64,000 nt of DNA from Eledone cirrhosa (GCA_964016885.1 OZ024740.1:186372001-186436000), one strand, 5' to 3'. Numbered from the stretch's first letter, positions 43,248 through 56,916 are shown. The notes: a model not told the origin generated them from the letters alone. Made by a program: numbers and translations.

Positions 43248-43772
43248 GGTGGCTGCCAACTCGTTTTCGAGTACGGCCACTACTTTATATCCATGTAGGA
43301 GAACCCCTACCGACGCGCTGAACGAGTGTGACATTTTAGTCCAGCCATTGGCTTGAAAACTCTGTTACAAACACTACACTTGTGACAATTATTGACACAT
43401 AGTGCTGGGCTCATGGTACCATGTGACGACAAGTGCAGAGAGATCTCCAGATATAAAGCAATGCCTGTGCCGTGAAGCTTTTATAGTGAGCAAAGGCACT
43501 GCACAAAGCCAGTCCCACTCTCTTAACCAATATGATATTTACCAAAAAGAAGAACAAGTCAACATCATTGGATACCATCAGGGTTGCAGGCCATTGACTC
43601 TTAAGAGCTCCTTTGCCCTTTGACAGGTTTTGTTTTTAGTCCTGCAGGATGTCCAAAGTCACCCTCCTCACCAAGAAACCTTGGTGGGGTTGCCAGTTTA
43701 GTCGCCAACGACCCGACCATGAGACAAGTTGTACTGGGATACATGTTACCAGTAGCACCAACTGGTGACCTG
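43248..43772 (-). mobile_element. Non-autonomous RTE-derived element with (ATGT)n tail, copy 1 (about 80-bp deletion)
   Basis: Near-identical to 43821-44420; GGCGACTAAAC motif typical of RTE 5' UTRs; bounded by (TACA)n. Confidence 0.6.
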
Positions 43773-43820
43773 ACATACATACATACATACATACATACAT
43801 ACATACATACATACATACAT

Positions 43821-44420
43821 GGTGGCTGCCAACTCGTTTTCGAGTACGGCCACTACTTTATATCCATGTAGGAGAACCCCTACCAATGCGCTGAACGAGT
43901 GTGACTTTTTAGTCCAGCCAGCGACTTGAAAACTCTGGTACAAACACTACACTTGTGACAATTATTGACACATAGTGCTGGGCCCATGGTACCATGTGAC
44001 GACAAGTGCAGAGAGATCTCCAGATATAAAGCAATGCCTGTGCCGTGAAGCTTTTATAGTGAGCAAAGGCACTGCACAAAGCCAGTCCCACTCTCTTAAC
44101 CAAGATGATATTTACCAAAAAGAAGAACAAGTCAACATCATTGGATACCATCAGAGTTGCAGGTGTTATATCAGAGTTTTCCTTCTCCTAGAATTCTGCC
44201 TTGACAAAGGCTAAGGGGTCATCTCTCCCGGTGATTTTGGATGGCCATTGACTCTTAAGAGCTCCTTTGCCCTTTGACAGGTTTTGTTTTTAGTCCTGCA
44301 GGATGTCCAAAGTCACCCTCCTCACCAAGAAACCTTGGTGGGGTTGCCAGTTTAGTCGCCAACGACCCGACCATGAGACAGGTTGTACTGGGATACATGT
44401 TACCAGTAGCACCAGTAGCA
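43821..44420 (-). mobile_element. Non-autonomous RTE-derived element, copy 2
   Basis: Minus strand contains TCTAGGAGAAGGAAAACTC and GGCGACTAAAC (RTE 5' UTR-type motifs, from memory). No convincing ORF. Diverged relative at 45075-45260. Confidence 0.6.
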
Positions 44421-44481
44421 CATACATACATACATACATACATACATACATACATACATACATACATACATACATACATAC

Positions 44482-45053
44482 GCCCAGCAGATGCCAATAT
44501 AATATCAAAGATTAGTGAAAAGGAGAATATTTATGCAGAACTGATGAGAAATCTGCAGATTCTTCACCCTGATTACACCTTCAGATTTATGCCTGTGATT
44601 GTTGGGGCACTGGGATATGTTAGTAACTGCCTCAATACAAATCTTGAGAAGCTAGGCTTCACAGGAACAGAAAGAACACAACTAGTTAGGAAACTACAAG
44701 TACAATCCATTAATGGAACAGTAAAAATATGTAAAACATTCCAAAATTTTGCATCTAATAACTGCTTATACACATGTACAGTAACAAAGCATATACACAT
44801 GCACACATACAACTCAAAACATAGACACCCAAGGGCGGTGCCCCAGCATGGCCTCAGCCGGATGGCTGAAACAGGTAAAAGAGTAAAAGAGTATCCACAC
44901 ATACAATAACATCCATATCTACACATGCATGCATACATAAATATCTACCTAGTTGATGTTGTGTAAATTCCAATGAGAGAGTCTTGTGTCTATGTTAGAA
45001 ACCGACTCTCTCTATATTGGTAAAACTTTGCGAAATTATAAAACCAGAAGAAC
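44482..45053 (+). mobile_element. R4/Dong-like LINE 3' end in (TACA)n, with a SINE tail inserted at about 44829-44893
   Basis: Open frame PADANIISKISEKENIYAELMRNLQILHPDYTFRFMPVIVGALGYVSNCL..KICKTF. The insert AAGGGCGGTGCCCCAGCATGGCC..GTAAAAGAGTAAAAGAGTA is absent from copy 31-490. Confidence 0.78.
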
Positions 45054-45291
45054 GTACATATATACATACATGATGATGGCTGCCCCCTCGTTATCGAGTA
45101 TGGCCATTGCACGATATAACATTATTAATAATTATTAATTAATCTATCCTGCAATGCCTGTGCGTGAAGATATTTTTTAAAGTGAGGAAAGACTGTGCAC
45201 TGAGCCAATCCCACTCTCTGGGCGACAGTAGCTATAACCCGAAAAGAAGAAAAGATCATACATACATGCGGGGGGTACGTGTACGATGGAC

Positions 45292-47740
45292 CATGGGTTG
45301 GAACAAATTAATTGGTTAAAAATTAATTGCAATTAATTGGGCCAATTAATTGATTGGGGATCCCCTTCCAATTAAAAAATTGATTGTTTCGGGAAAAATT
45401 AATTGCAGTTAATTGCAACATGGTTGAACATCATAGCTCTAAACATCTTTTATTGAGAGAAAGAAAATGTTTTTTGTTATTTATCCGGTTAACGGTTATA
45501 CCTCTATAAACCCACGGTACTCTTTTAATTGCACTCTTATTCCGATCTTAATAGCATCTGGTTACTAATTCCCCGGCGTTATTCTGATTATATTATTCTC
45601 GTTTATTTTCTAAAATCACTGTAGTTTAAAGTTCTTCTCGTAGCCGGAACGCGAGACAGAGGGTACGCCTTTCTGCGTGCACCTAAAATTATTTGATTCT
45701 CAACACTGTCGATCCACTACCTTCGCGTGTAGGTTTCTGCGTTCGATTTCCCCGGTGATAACTACTCATTCGCACGCCTCGTTCACAGAAGAATTCCAAA
45801 ACAACTTCCTTTTTAACGTTCTTATGTAATCACGATCACTAATCTAGATTTTAAGTACTGAGAAATATTTTTATGATTATATAAATGGCCATGTCTTCAA
45901 ATGAACGAATCGTAAAAAGGTATTTCAATCGAATAGACGATGACACTGGCTTTTGGAAATGCAAATGCGGAAAAGAGTTAAGCCAAAAGAGAGGAACTGG
46001 TTGGAGTAATTTGATGAATCATGTCAAAAGCCAAGATCCAGAGCACTCAAATTTACAGGAAAACAAACAACAAACATAATCGAAGTTTGTCACAGAAAAT
46101 TCTTCTAAAAGTGGTACAGTGAGTCGTTCTGCATTAAACGTGTATGGCTGGATTGAATGGGTATGCGTTAGTTTAAAACCGTTTTCTTTTGTCGAAGACC
46201 CATTAACTCGAAAGTATACCAATTTGGGCTCTATGATCAATGTTACTCTGAAGAAATATATGAGTAAACTCACTTTATAAGTAGAAAAAAAGATATCGAA
46301 AGAACTCCCAGGAAAATTCGCGCTAGTTATCGATGGCTGGAGTAAGGGGTCAACACACTTCGTTGGACTTTTTGCCTCCTACCCTTGGAATGATAAAAAG
46401 GGATACCGGTCAGCTTTGTTATCATTTCCATCACTGATGAACGAAACCTCATTCACTGCTTCTGACCACATGGATTTTATTGAATACACGTTAAGTCTAC
46501 ACGAAAAAAGCTTAGAAAATATCGTTGCGATTATTGGTGATAATGCTGAAGTCAATAAATCAATAGCGAAACTGTCTGGTATCCCTTTGATTGGTTGTGC
46601 TTCCCATAAATTTAACTTAGCAGTTTCTGCTTATTTAGAAAAGGAGAAAATTTTACTCAATAAAATCAACGAGCTGATGGGAAAATCGAAATCTTTCAAA
46701 CCTGTGGGCAAATTAAGAGAACAGACAACACTAAAACCCCTTCAAAGAAATATAACTCGTTGGTCGAGTACATTTGATATGATTGAACGGTTTATTCAAA
46801 TTGAAATTTTTTTGGAATCTTTTAAGGACGACGCTAAACTCATTGATTATCTTTTGACACCTCGAGAATGCAAAGATCTCAGAAAACTGGAAGAGAATTT
46901 GAGAAAACTGCGTTCAGACGCTTTACAACGAGAAAAAATTGATTTGTGGGATGTTCGAGTTCTCTTCAATGAAATACTCGTCTTTTATTCATATGAAGAA
47001 TTCAAAAGATACTTGCTGCCTTCGGCAGATATCGTTTATTGCTCGAGAATAGTATTGTTAAAATACTTCGAAAATCAGAAGGAAAGCTTGATGCGCTAGA
47101 AATACACGCTTTACACAGATTGGAATTCACTGAAATATTGAAAAATTCAGACTCTTTAGTGGGAGACGACGATTTCGCTTTAATTTGTCTGAAGAAGCCC
47201 AGAGTAAATGCAAATTTATCTAAGAAAGATTGTAGATTTATTCTACCGACGTCAAATATAATAGAGCGTTTCTTTAGTTCAGCGGGATACGCTTTTAAAG
47301 ATTTTCGCCAAAGCTTATTACCTTTGAATTTAGAAATGCATTTGTTTCTAAAGGCTAATAGCTATTACTGGCATGAAGAATGGGTGTCTACGATTTTCAA
47401 TCAATCATAAATTGCTTTTTATTTACAAATAGTTGCTTATTCATAGTTTAAATTTTGCTAAATTCTCCCTCGAAATTAAAAACCATAACTTTTTTTTTTC
47501 ATATTTGGAATTTTTTTTCTCTTTATTTTTGCATCATCGGACTCTCCTATGTTCAAAACATAGAAATCCGAAGAAATTCCTGAAAAAAATCCCCCAAAAG
47601 TAGAAAGAGTACGCTGCTGCAACAGCAATTAATTGCAATTAATTGCAATAATTGATTGGTTAAACAGACAAAATCCAATTAATTGATTGGTAAAATTTTA
47701 ATTGATTGGGTATCGCCCAATCAATTATTTACAATCCCTG
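45292..47740 (+). mobile_element. Full-length decayed hAT DNA transposon
   Basis: 8-bp TSD CGATGGAC (45284-45291 and 47741-47748); imperfect TIRs CATGGGTTGG.. / ..ACAATCCCTG; multiple subterminal CAATTAATTG/AATTGATTG motifs at both ends. Confidence 0.92.
45885..47410 (+). pseudogene. hAT transposase pseudogene (2 in-frame stops, 1 frameshift)
   Basis: BED-like WKCKCG..GTGWSNLMNH, catalytic DGWS, GDNA, CxxH (GCASHKFNL), TRWSS, C-terminal PTSNIIERFFSSAG. Stops at about 46077 and 46278; frameshift near 47040. Confidence 0.9.
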
Positions 47741-47916
47741 CGATGGACTGAAACGTCAGTCAACCCGAGTTTATATTAGAAGATATATTTAGAAGATAGT
47801 CACCCAAAATGCCGCGCAGCATTACTAGACACAAAAAATGTGCTTGCGAAACGAACTTTTTAAACACACATTATCATTGACATGTATAATAACGGAAGAT
47901 TTAGGTGCCTAAAAAT

Positions 47917-48356
47917 GGTTTCTGATTTAGGCACAAGACCAACAATTGGGGTGGGGGTCGATTAAATCGACCCAGTACGTTACTGGTGCTTTATTCTACC
48001 GACTCCACAATGATGAAAAACAAAGCTAACCACGATGGGATTTGAACCCAGAATGTAAATAGCCGTAACTATATGCCGCAATGTATAATATCCGACGCTC
48101 TAACGATGCTGCCAATCCACCACCCTCAGAAGCCTTATAATGCTTTCTGAATTAAGCTCGAGACCAAATAGTTTGGAGGAGGGGACAGTCGATTGAATTG
48201 ACCCCGTATGTTACTGATAATTTATTTTATCGACCCCGTAAGAATGAAAGGTAAAGCTAACCTCAGCGGGATTTAGCTCAGCACGTAAATGTACGTAACA
48301 CTATGCCGCAAATCATGTTTTCCTACGCTCTACCTATACTGCCCATCCACCGCCCT
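47917..48356 (-). mobile_element. Two diverged SINE family A-related copies
   Basis: Homology to 31494-31679, with a longer 3' segment (GTCGATTAAATCGACCC). Confidence 0.8.
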
Positions 48357-48357
48357 T

Positions 48358-48450
48358 AAAAGAAGTTGCCATCGGCGGCTATGAGGAATCGAACCCCCAT
48401 ATCTCCCAGATACAAACTAGGTAATTTAAACTCTTAAGGCACAGGCTGTG
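48358..48450 (-). pseudogene. tRNA-like remnant (tRNA pseudogene or SINE head)
   Basis: Box B GGTTCGATTCC, degenerate box A, anticodon-like arm CTAG-TTTGTAT-CTGG and a downstream T-run; poor acceptor stem. Confidence 0.35.
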
Positions 48451-48987
48451 ACAAATTCGATAGCTAATAAAACAAAATATTAATCAAGTGAAAATGAATA
48501 AAACAGTTAATAGTTGTTTTTTTCTGTTTTTTTTTAATAACTACAATGACTATACCACGATACACTTCTTTCTTCCTTAATTCCTCGGCTCATCATAGTA
48601 TTTAGGGAGACTCCGTCATGGCACGCTCGGCACTACTCTAATCTGCTTAAGAAATCATATGCCAGACTTGAATATTGATATTCATGGGACACAACTCAGA
48701 AAAATCTAAAAGTTATTTCCCTTGCAAACCAGAAATTTTACTACAAACTATTTTAAATAGTATTAAAATATTATATTCGTTTTTCGTATTCACCAAATAT
48801 ATGCATATTGAGATTTTTACTTTTATCTCTACCATAACAGCCACCATATCTGCTATTAACTAAACTGTGTGCGCTCTGAACTGAACAGCTAGTTGCAGTT
48901 GCATTACTGCAATTTGGCAGATTCACTGAGTGAGCTAGATGTTGGCCGTGGTACGTTGACATAATATCAACGATACTCGTTAATAAT

Positions 48988-49051
<64 letters not shown>

Positions 49052-51934
49052 TTGAAAGGGGGTGTGTACTCATATTTATATGTAGTCAAGTTTCAATACC
49101 ATGGAAATAAACCCACTCTGTAATGTACTGTTTGCTAATAATACTTTTTGTATTATTCATTTATTCTCTAATAATACTGACCCCTCAACATAATAATTTC
49201 TTATTTTTGTTGTCCTGTATAATCCCAAGCTAACAGCCATTTCGCAGACATGTATTCAAAGACATTCCAGACATGAACATCCCATAATTTTCCTATGTGC
49301 AGGAAAGAAGAAACACCTTACCCAACATGTACTTTTATGATGGTACTGTCTGATTTGAGGAAAATATGGCTGCTTCTTTGCTAACAGGTTGACTACATAA
49401 AGTTTTGATAAGGGTTGTGGCTTAATGGTTGGGGAATTGGATTCTCAATCATGAGGTTGTGAGTTTCATTCCCTGACCGGACGATACACTGTGTCCTTGA
49501 GCAAGGTGCTTTATTTCATGTTGCTCCTTCTGCCAGGAGTTGCAACTGGTATAGTATCTTTTATACTTTTGTGACCAACAAAATAAAAAATCCAGTCATG
49601 TACTGGAGTCAATTTCAGATATTGTGTCTAAATTAGAATGCATGTATGGTTTTGTAGGGGTACCATATTGACATGCAACCCAACCTTCTCAGTCTAAACA
49701 CAGCAGATTTCTTACAGAGAAAGATAGAAAGTGAGAGAGAGATAGATGAAGTGAGAAAGAGATATAGAGGAAGCATCTACCCCAGTATTTGACTGGTACT
49801 TCTTTATTGACCTCCAAAGGATGAAAGGCAAATTTGACCTCAGCGAGATTTGAATTCAGAGAACAAAGAGCTGGAAAGAATACCACAAACTATTCTATCC
49901 AATGTCTAATGCCTCTGCCAATTCACCTCTTTACAAATATTTATAAGCAATATATTAATTTATTTCATAAAACAACAATAACATTTTATGCTCCAAACAT
50001 TGCTTTAATAAGGAGAAAATACTTGTTTATTTTCAAAGTTGTTTGAAAATCATAGGCTGTGTCTTTCATTAGAATTATGGCAATGAAAGGTTTAATACAG
50101 AATTGTTTGTATTCTTTATGTTATTTACACCTGATTATAAAGGTACATGGCTTAGTAGTTAGATTCACAATTATGAGGATGTGAGTTTGATTCTTGGACT
50201 GAGTGATATGTTGTACCTTTGAGCAAGACACTTTATTTCATGTTGCCCCAGCTCACTCAGCTATGAAAATGGTGATGTTACTGGTGCCAAGAAGCATCAG
50301 CCTTTGCCTTACCTTTGGATGACACTGGGAGCATGGAAAGCAACTGCTTGTCTTCCACAAAATAATTTACCTGGATTTGTGCTGCAGAGGGGAACTTTCT
50401 ATGTGCAACTCTCATGGTCATTTGTGACCGAAGGGGATCTTTTACACCAGATCAACCCAGTTCCAGCAGACCTAATCATTGCTGAGTTAAATAGTAATGA
50501 GTATGATAGCTATTATACTGTAGAGACAACACTAGTGAGTAACTACAAACTACTAAATTGAGAACTTGTAATTGCTACAGTGGTTTCAATGAATTAAAGA
50601 GAATAAGACTTAATTCTACATACCTCAATTTATTCCTGTTAATACTATGCTGATAAAGCCCTATAAAAGACAAATAGCTTATCCAGATGTATCTGTCACT
50701 GGAAGCAGGAAGGAAGTCAATCAACAAGATTCCAGACCTCATTCACTTACCATGTGGGGTGGATCTCATCAAATCAGACCAAGGAAGCAATGTTTCCATT
50801 GGTCCTTCGAATTGCTAATACTGTCTCCTGACAAAAAGAGCAATTTGAAATAAAGTGTCTGGCTCCTGGTTCATGAATTAAACTCACAATCTCACAATTG
50901 TGAATCCAATTCTCTAACCACTAAGCTACTTAATATGGTTCAATTCAGAGTTAAACAATGTCTTTGTAAAAGCATTGATTTGTGGAAATTACAAAAACGT
51001 TTTAACTTTCATAAATTTGTGGAAAATTAGTAGAATCATTATAATCGCAGATAAAATGCCTTTTGGTATTCATTTCAGATCTTTGGTTTCTAAGTTCAAA
51101 TCCCAACAAAATCGGTTTCATTTTCATCTGTTCAATGTCGATAAAATGCAGGTCTAGAAGGAAATGTTAGAGTACCAAATAGGATTCATCATCAGCATTA
51201 TCACAGTTTAACGTCCATTTTCCAATGCTAGCATGGGTTTGACAAGTTGGCCCTTTATGAGACAAATCACATCAGATGACCATGCCTTATTCATACAGAA
51301 ATGTTTCTGACTTGGTTTTTATGGGTGAATGCCCTTCCTATTGCCAACCACATCTACAGTTTGAACTGGGTGCTTTTTATCTTGGCACCAAAATGACCAC
51401 TTTAAAGGGTGGACTGGGTGATTTTTGTTGTGTCACCTACATGGCCAACTGACAGGTTGACATGGGTGTTACAGTACTTATTCTGGCCAGTTTGAATTCT
51501 GATTTTAAACTCCACAATGACCTGCTAGCTACGATGGAGTCCCACCTTGTACATACACAGTTAAGTTGAGAATTAGTAACAACCAGAGTATCCACAATAT
51601 ACAAGCTTGGACTTTCACCTGCTGAGCTGCTAAGCTATATGGAATTTAAAGAAATATTTTTTTTTTATATTAATGTTAATGAGAAGGAATAAATAATATA
51701 AATAAGATTATTGTTCCCATCTGTCCACAAAACAAACATCCTAAACTGAACACCAAATTGCACTCATGACTGCTGCTAAACCAGCCTGAGACCCACCCTC
51801 CTAATTCGGCAAACTGAACACGGAGAGCCCACAATCCCAAACTCAACAAACTGAACAGAACCACCATAGCCACCAAATGGAGAAGACAGGCGTTATCATG
51901 TAGCAACAGTTATATTATGTAGTTTCTATATAAT

Positions 51935-52150
51935 TGTTTCTACATTTGACACAAGGCCAGCTATTTGAAGGGGAGTGGAAAGTCGATTAAATCAACTCCT
52001 GTGTGTCACTGGTACTTTATTTTATCAACCCCCCTAAGGATGAAAGGCTAAGTTAACCTCGGTAGGATTTGAACTCGGAACGTAAAAGGCCATAACTTTA
52101 TGCCACTAAGCATGCTGTCCGACGCTCTACAGATTCTGCCAATCCACCGA
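51935..52150 (-). mobile_element. SINE family A-related copy
   Basis: Same motifs as other copies. Further decayed SINEs at 49412-49540, 49780-49930, 50146-50450 and 51030-51150. Confidence 0.75.
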
Positions 52151-53851
52151 AAGCAATTATTAACTGCAGTGATAATGACCGCAACACGTAATAGGCCGTA
52201 CTCCACCTTCTCCCAACATCTATCAACTTTAAACCCCCAAACTATCCACCTAGATCACATGCTGCCCCACATTGTGAAATCTAATCCTTACAATATAACA
52301 TAAAAAAACAAATAACTAAGCCATAAAGAAATAAATGAAATGAACCAAATATGAATATCACATAAATATAATTTTTCATGATTTAGTGTTAAAGAATAAA
52401 AACCAATGATAAAATAAATGTATTTTAAAAAATGAGGCTTCCCCTGGATGTGTGCGGCTCTAAGCTATAGCTTATTTAGCTTATAGCTAAGTCCAGCACT
52501 GACCATATGTACTCTGATATTTTTATAAAAATACTGATTTTGTTTTCATAGAGCGTGTGTATAATGCACCCTAGCTTTTAACCAATAATGGCTCATAAAG
52601 AAACACATCAGTACTGGGTAAAGTCTTGGGACATTTTTTAGCAAATAAGTATTTATAATTAACCAGATTATTTGGCTTTATTGTGTTCAACTCTACAATA
52701 CATTTTCCCTAGCTTGCATGATTTTCGTACATAAACTAGTGTCTGGCCAAATACATTCTATCTATTAATCTCCTGTCTTTTCTCCAATTATGGGTTCCTT
52801 TAATAGAATGTTGCAAATATTCAGACTAGATTTCCAATCTCTTTTTTTGTTCCAACACAGAATAAATAAATAAAATAAAACAGAAATAAAAATATATTAT
52901 TACATTTACCTAATATGTTCTTTTTATAATATAATAGGATGTGAAATAATATTATTTAGGTTGTTATTTCTCGCACGTCAGAGAACATAGAAGCTTGAAC
53001 GTTATAGTAGTAGAAAGAAAATAACCATTTCTAAATTTGGCACGAAAACACGAAAGATTTATTTGAAAAACTAAGTTGATTTAATCAATCCCAGTATTGA
53101 TTGGTACTTTGCTTTTATCGATTAAAAAAAGAAAAAGAAAAACTCGATATCGTTAGCGAAAAACAAAATAATAAATTTTGACTGCTATTGATATATTTTT
53201 TTAATTTGATAGTTGGAGTTCAAGGGAAATAACTAGGATATATATTTTTCTTTGTTATGTCCCTTGCATACAAAGGTAAAATGAATTCCTATTTCTGTGT
53301 AGTAACGTCATTAATAAATTTTAACATTCATAATAATTTACAAGGCTTATTTAACAAATCACCATCACCATCATCATTATCAATAGTAATACGTTAGGAT
53401 CTTTGTTTGATATTTATACTCTTATATAATTTGAAATTCTAGTGTATACACATGGGCTGTATTATGCATGTGTATATGTATGTTTTTTCTATTATAGCTA
53501 TATGTATGTATACATGAATATATATATATATATATATATATAAATATATATATATGTGTGCGTGTGTACATATATATGTACGATTGTATGTACGTTTTTC
53601 TGGGGTTTTGTCTTTATTTAACCAATACAAAATGTGGTTTCTAATCCCCAAACAAAGCTCTTTCCTTAGAATTTATACAATATCAACAAGGCAATTATGG
53701 ATATCACTGTCTGTATGTGTAGATCTGTATGTTTTGAGTGCACATACATATATATTTCTATATCAAACACATGGAAAATTGCACTTATTTCTGCTAAACT
53801 TCTTGAATATTTTACATAGAGCTTCATTAATGAATTGTTTTCGTGTTTTAT

Positions 53852-54248
53852 AATAATAATAATGAAATATTGTGTACAGTGCTCAGGTGCACTACAACTC
53901 ATCAAAAAGTGTATGTATAGCACATAGGGTAATGTACAAACATCAGGAAAATGAACAGTGCATGAAGCATGATACACACATGTGTGCATGTGTATGGAAG
54001 GGGTACATCAGGTGTAGTTTTGGTGTATTTCGGGAAGCATGAGTGTTTTAAAGGATGTCTTAAATGGGAGAGAGAGAAATTACCGTCAGTAGATCCAACA
54101 GAGGGATGCACCGAGACAGTTAGTAACATATACAAGAGCCCTAATAATCACAGGTACGAATCTAAAGCTATAATGAATGGCTGTATCTGCAGCTTCCTTA
54201 TTAGTTCAGTACAGATGTTCTCTTTTTCCCTAATTTTTATGACTATCT

Positions 54249-54285
<37 letters not shown>

Positions 54286-54492
54286 GTATATATATATACA
54301 TATGTATGTATATACGTATCGACATGATGTATTTATGTATGATGTTTGTATGTTTGAATGTATGTATATATATATATATAACACTGTTCATTTTCCTGAC
54401 ATTTGTACATTATTCTATGTACTATACATGCACCTTTGATGAGTTGTAGTGCACCTGAGCACTGTACACAATAATTTCATTATTATTATTAT
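53852..54492. mobile_element. Mosaic: CR1 3' end (-), 45-bp RTE piece (+), R4/Dong piece (-), (TA)n, CR1 3' end (+)
   Basis: 53852-54060 and 54381-54492 match 60970-61160; 54062-54105 matches 55169-55214; 54110-54250 matches 44500-44635 in reverse. Confidence 0.7.
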
Positions 54493-55134
54493 TTCATTAT
54501 TATTATATATATGCATGCATGTATTTATGTATGCATGCAGCTTCTATGTATGCTTGCATACATACATGTATTTTCTTCCTGTTATAGGGTTTTACACTGT
54601 GGCAAGTTTATAAAGAAAAATAATTAAAAAAAAATATTCTAATCGTCATCCTCTAAATTTTCAGGCATTCTTTCAGACTTTTATTCTCTCAATTATCTGT
54701 AGTTTATGACTTATAGTCATATTCTTTCTCCAAGAATCAAAGTTCATCTATGTGAATTAGTTGGTATATATTTTGATGCCCTAATAATAATTTTTATATA
54801 CCTGAAAATGTATTTTGGGGTACAGGATTTGCAGAATACTTATCAATGGTTTATGGAGGTCATCATTCCATTTTCTTGTTGCATTGACATTAACAGACCA
54901 GGGATCACTGAAGTAACAGTATACCACTATTTTTGTTTTGTTATTTTACATCAATTTTATACTCGTTCTCCTATGCTTGCATGAGAGAGACAAAGCTCGG
55001 AAATTATACTAGTTTGAAGTGACATTAAAAAAATGTGAGTTCAAAATTTCTCTTTAGAATGATGCCAGACCATCACATGGCTAACTCCAAGCTACCACTG
55101 GAATTCATTTTAATCAGAAAAAGGAGGCCTGGAA

Positions 55135-56916
55135 ATGTCATTATGAGAGACTGATGAATGTGGAGAACAAATGGGAGAGAGAGCAATTACCCTCAGTAGA
55201 TCCGACAGAGGGACCAGCTATTGAGATTGACGAATATAGGGTCCAAGAGGCGCTTAAGGAAATGAAAAATGGTAAGCCCACTGGACTGTTGGAGACAGTT
55301 GCTAAGATACTGAAGGCATCAGGGGACGTAGGCACTAAACTGGTTGCACGCATCATCAATCAGGCTATATATGGTGGTGTCATACCCAAAGACTGGTGCA
55401 GCAGTATTCTCATAAATTGCTACAAAGGAAAAGGGGATGCTCTGGAGAGGAGCAATTATAGGGGTATAAAACTAATGGATCAGGTTATGAAAGTGGCAGA
55501 AAGGATATTAGCACAACTAATTAGAGAAAGGGTTAAACTAGATGAGATGCAGTTTGGTTTTGTGCCTGGGAAGAGTACAACATATGCCCTCTTCTTGGTG
55601 AGACAATTATAAGAGAGATTCTTAGAGAAGAATAAGCCACTATACTTAGCCTTTGTTGACCTAGAGAAGGCCTTTGATAGGGTACCCCGATCTGTCATCT
55701 GGTGGTCCCTAAGGAAACTAGGTGTTGAGGAATGGCTTGTGAGGACACTGCAAACTTTGTACAGAGGTGCTGTCAGTAAAGTGAGAGTAGGAATGGAGTT
55801 TAGTGAGGAATTCGAGATTCAAGTAGGAGTACATCAAGGTTCGGTCCTAAGCCTGGTCTTGTTCATTATAGTCCTCCAAGCCATAACAGAGGAGTTTAAG
55901 ACTGGCTGTCCATGGGAACTTCTCTATGCTGACGATCTGGTTCTTCTAGCAAAATCATTAGAGGAGTTAGAGAATAAATTCTGGCTATGGAAACAGTAGT
56001 TGGAAGCAAGAGGACTGAGAGTGAACCTAGCTAAGATAAAAGTGTTGATGAGTAGAAGAGAGGACAAAACTCTGATTCCATCAGGGAAATGGCCATGTTC
56101 GATATGCAGAAAAGGAACTGGCATAAATTCTATAAAATGTACACAATGCAGGTCCTGGGTACACAAGAGATGTAGTGCGATAGCAGGCAAACTAACAGGT
56201 AGGAAGAAATATGTATGCAGTAGATGTACTGGGAAATTAGACAGTAGAATTCGCATTGATAGACACATTTTTCAAATGCAGGCGGGTGCTATAGAAATGG
56301 TGGATAGCTTCCGGTACCGAGGAGATCAGATTAGCATGGGAGTGGGATGTGCCGAGGCCATAGAATCTAGTATAAGGACGGGTTGGAAGAAGTTTAGGGA
56401 GCTGCTTCCTCTGCTGACGAAGAGGGTTTCTCCCTGCGTATGAAAGGCCGGTTATATGATGCCTGTGTGAGGAGCGCGATGCTGCATGGTAGTGAGACTT
56501 GGGCAGCAACTGCAGAGGATATGCGACGGCTGGAGAGAAATGAGGCAAGCATGCTCCGTTGGATGTGCAATGTCAATGTGCGTGAACGATCGAGCATGGA
56601 TGTGTTGAGAGAGAAACTCTGTCTGAGAGGGATAGAATGTAGTGTGCGAGAGAACATACTGAGGTGGTATGGACATGTGAGCGCATGGAGGATGACCGAT
56701 GGGTAAAGAAGTGCCAGGAAATGTCAGTTGAAGGAAGACGTGGTAGAGTTAGACCACAAAAAACATGGGCGGAGGTGGTGAGAACAGACCTCAGATTGCT
56801 GAAGCTCACGGTGGAGATGACGAAGGACCGTGACAAGTGGAGAGATGGTGTGCTGAATAAGACCCGTCCCACCCTTGCAAGCAGGGAAAAGTGGACGTAA
56901 AATGATGATGATGATG
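55135..56916 (+). pseudogene. 5'-truncated RTE-clade LINE: reverse transcriptase with embedded PHD-type finger, (TGA)n tail
   Basis: NYRGIKL, QFGFVPG, FVDLEKAFDRV, GVHQGSVLS, LLYADDL, CSIC..CTQC..WVHKRC..CSRC, MLHGSETW, LRWYGHV, GRRGRVRP; 3' end GGAAAAGTGGACGTAAAA(TGA)n. Two stops and two frameshifts. Confidence 0.92.

Noticed and set aside
50750-50828. Exon-like segment on minus (TTTTGTCAG ... GTAAGT)
   Set aside because: The sequence is a dispersed repeat tail also present at about 39140-39240 and 60560-60655; no independent exon evidence.
54706-54984. 92-aa ORF as a host exon
   Set aside because: No recognisable domain; length is compatible with chance.
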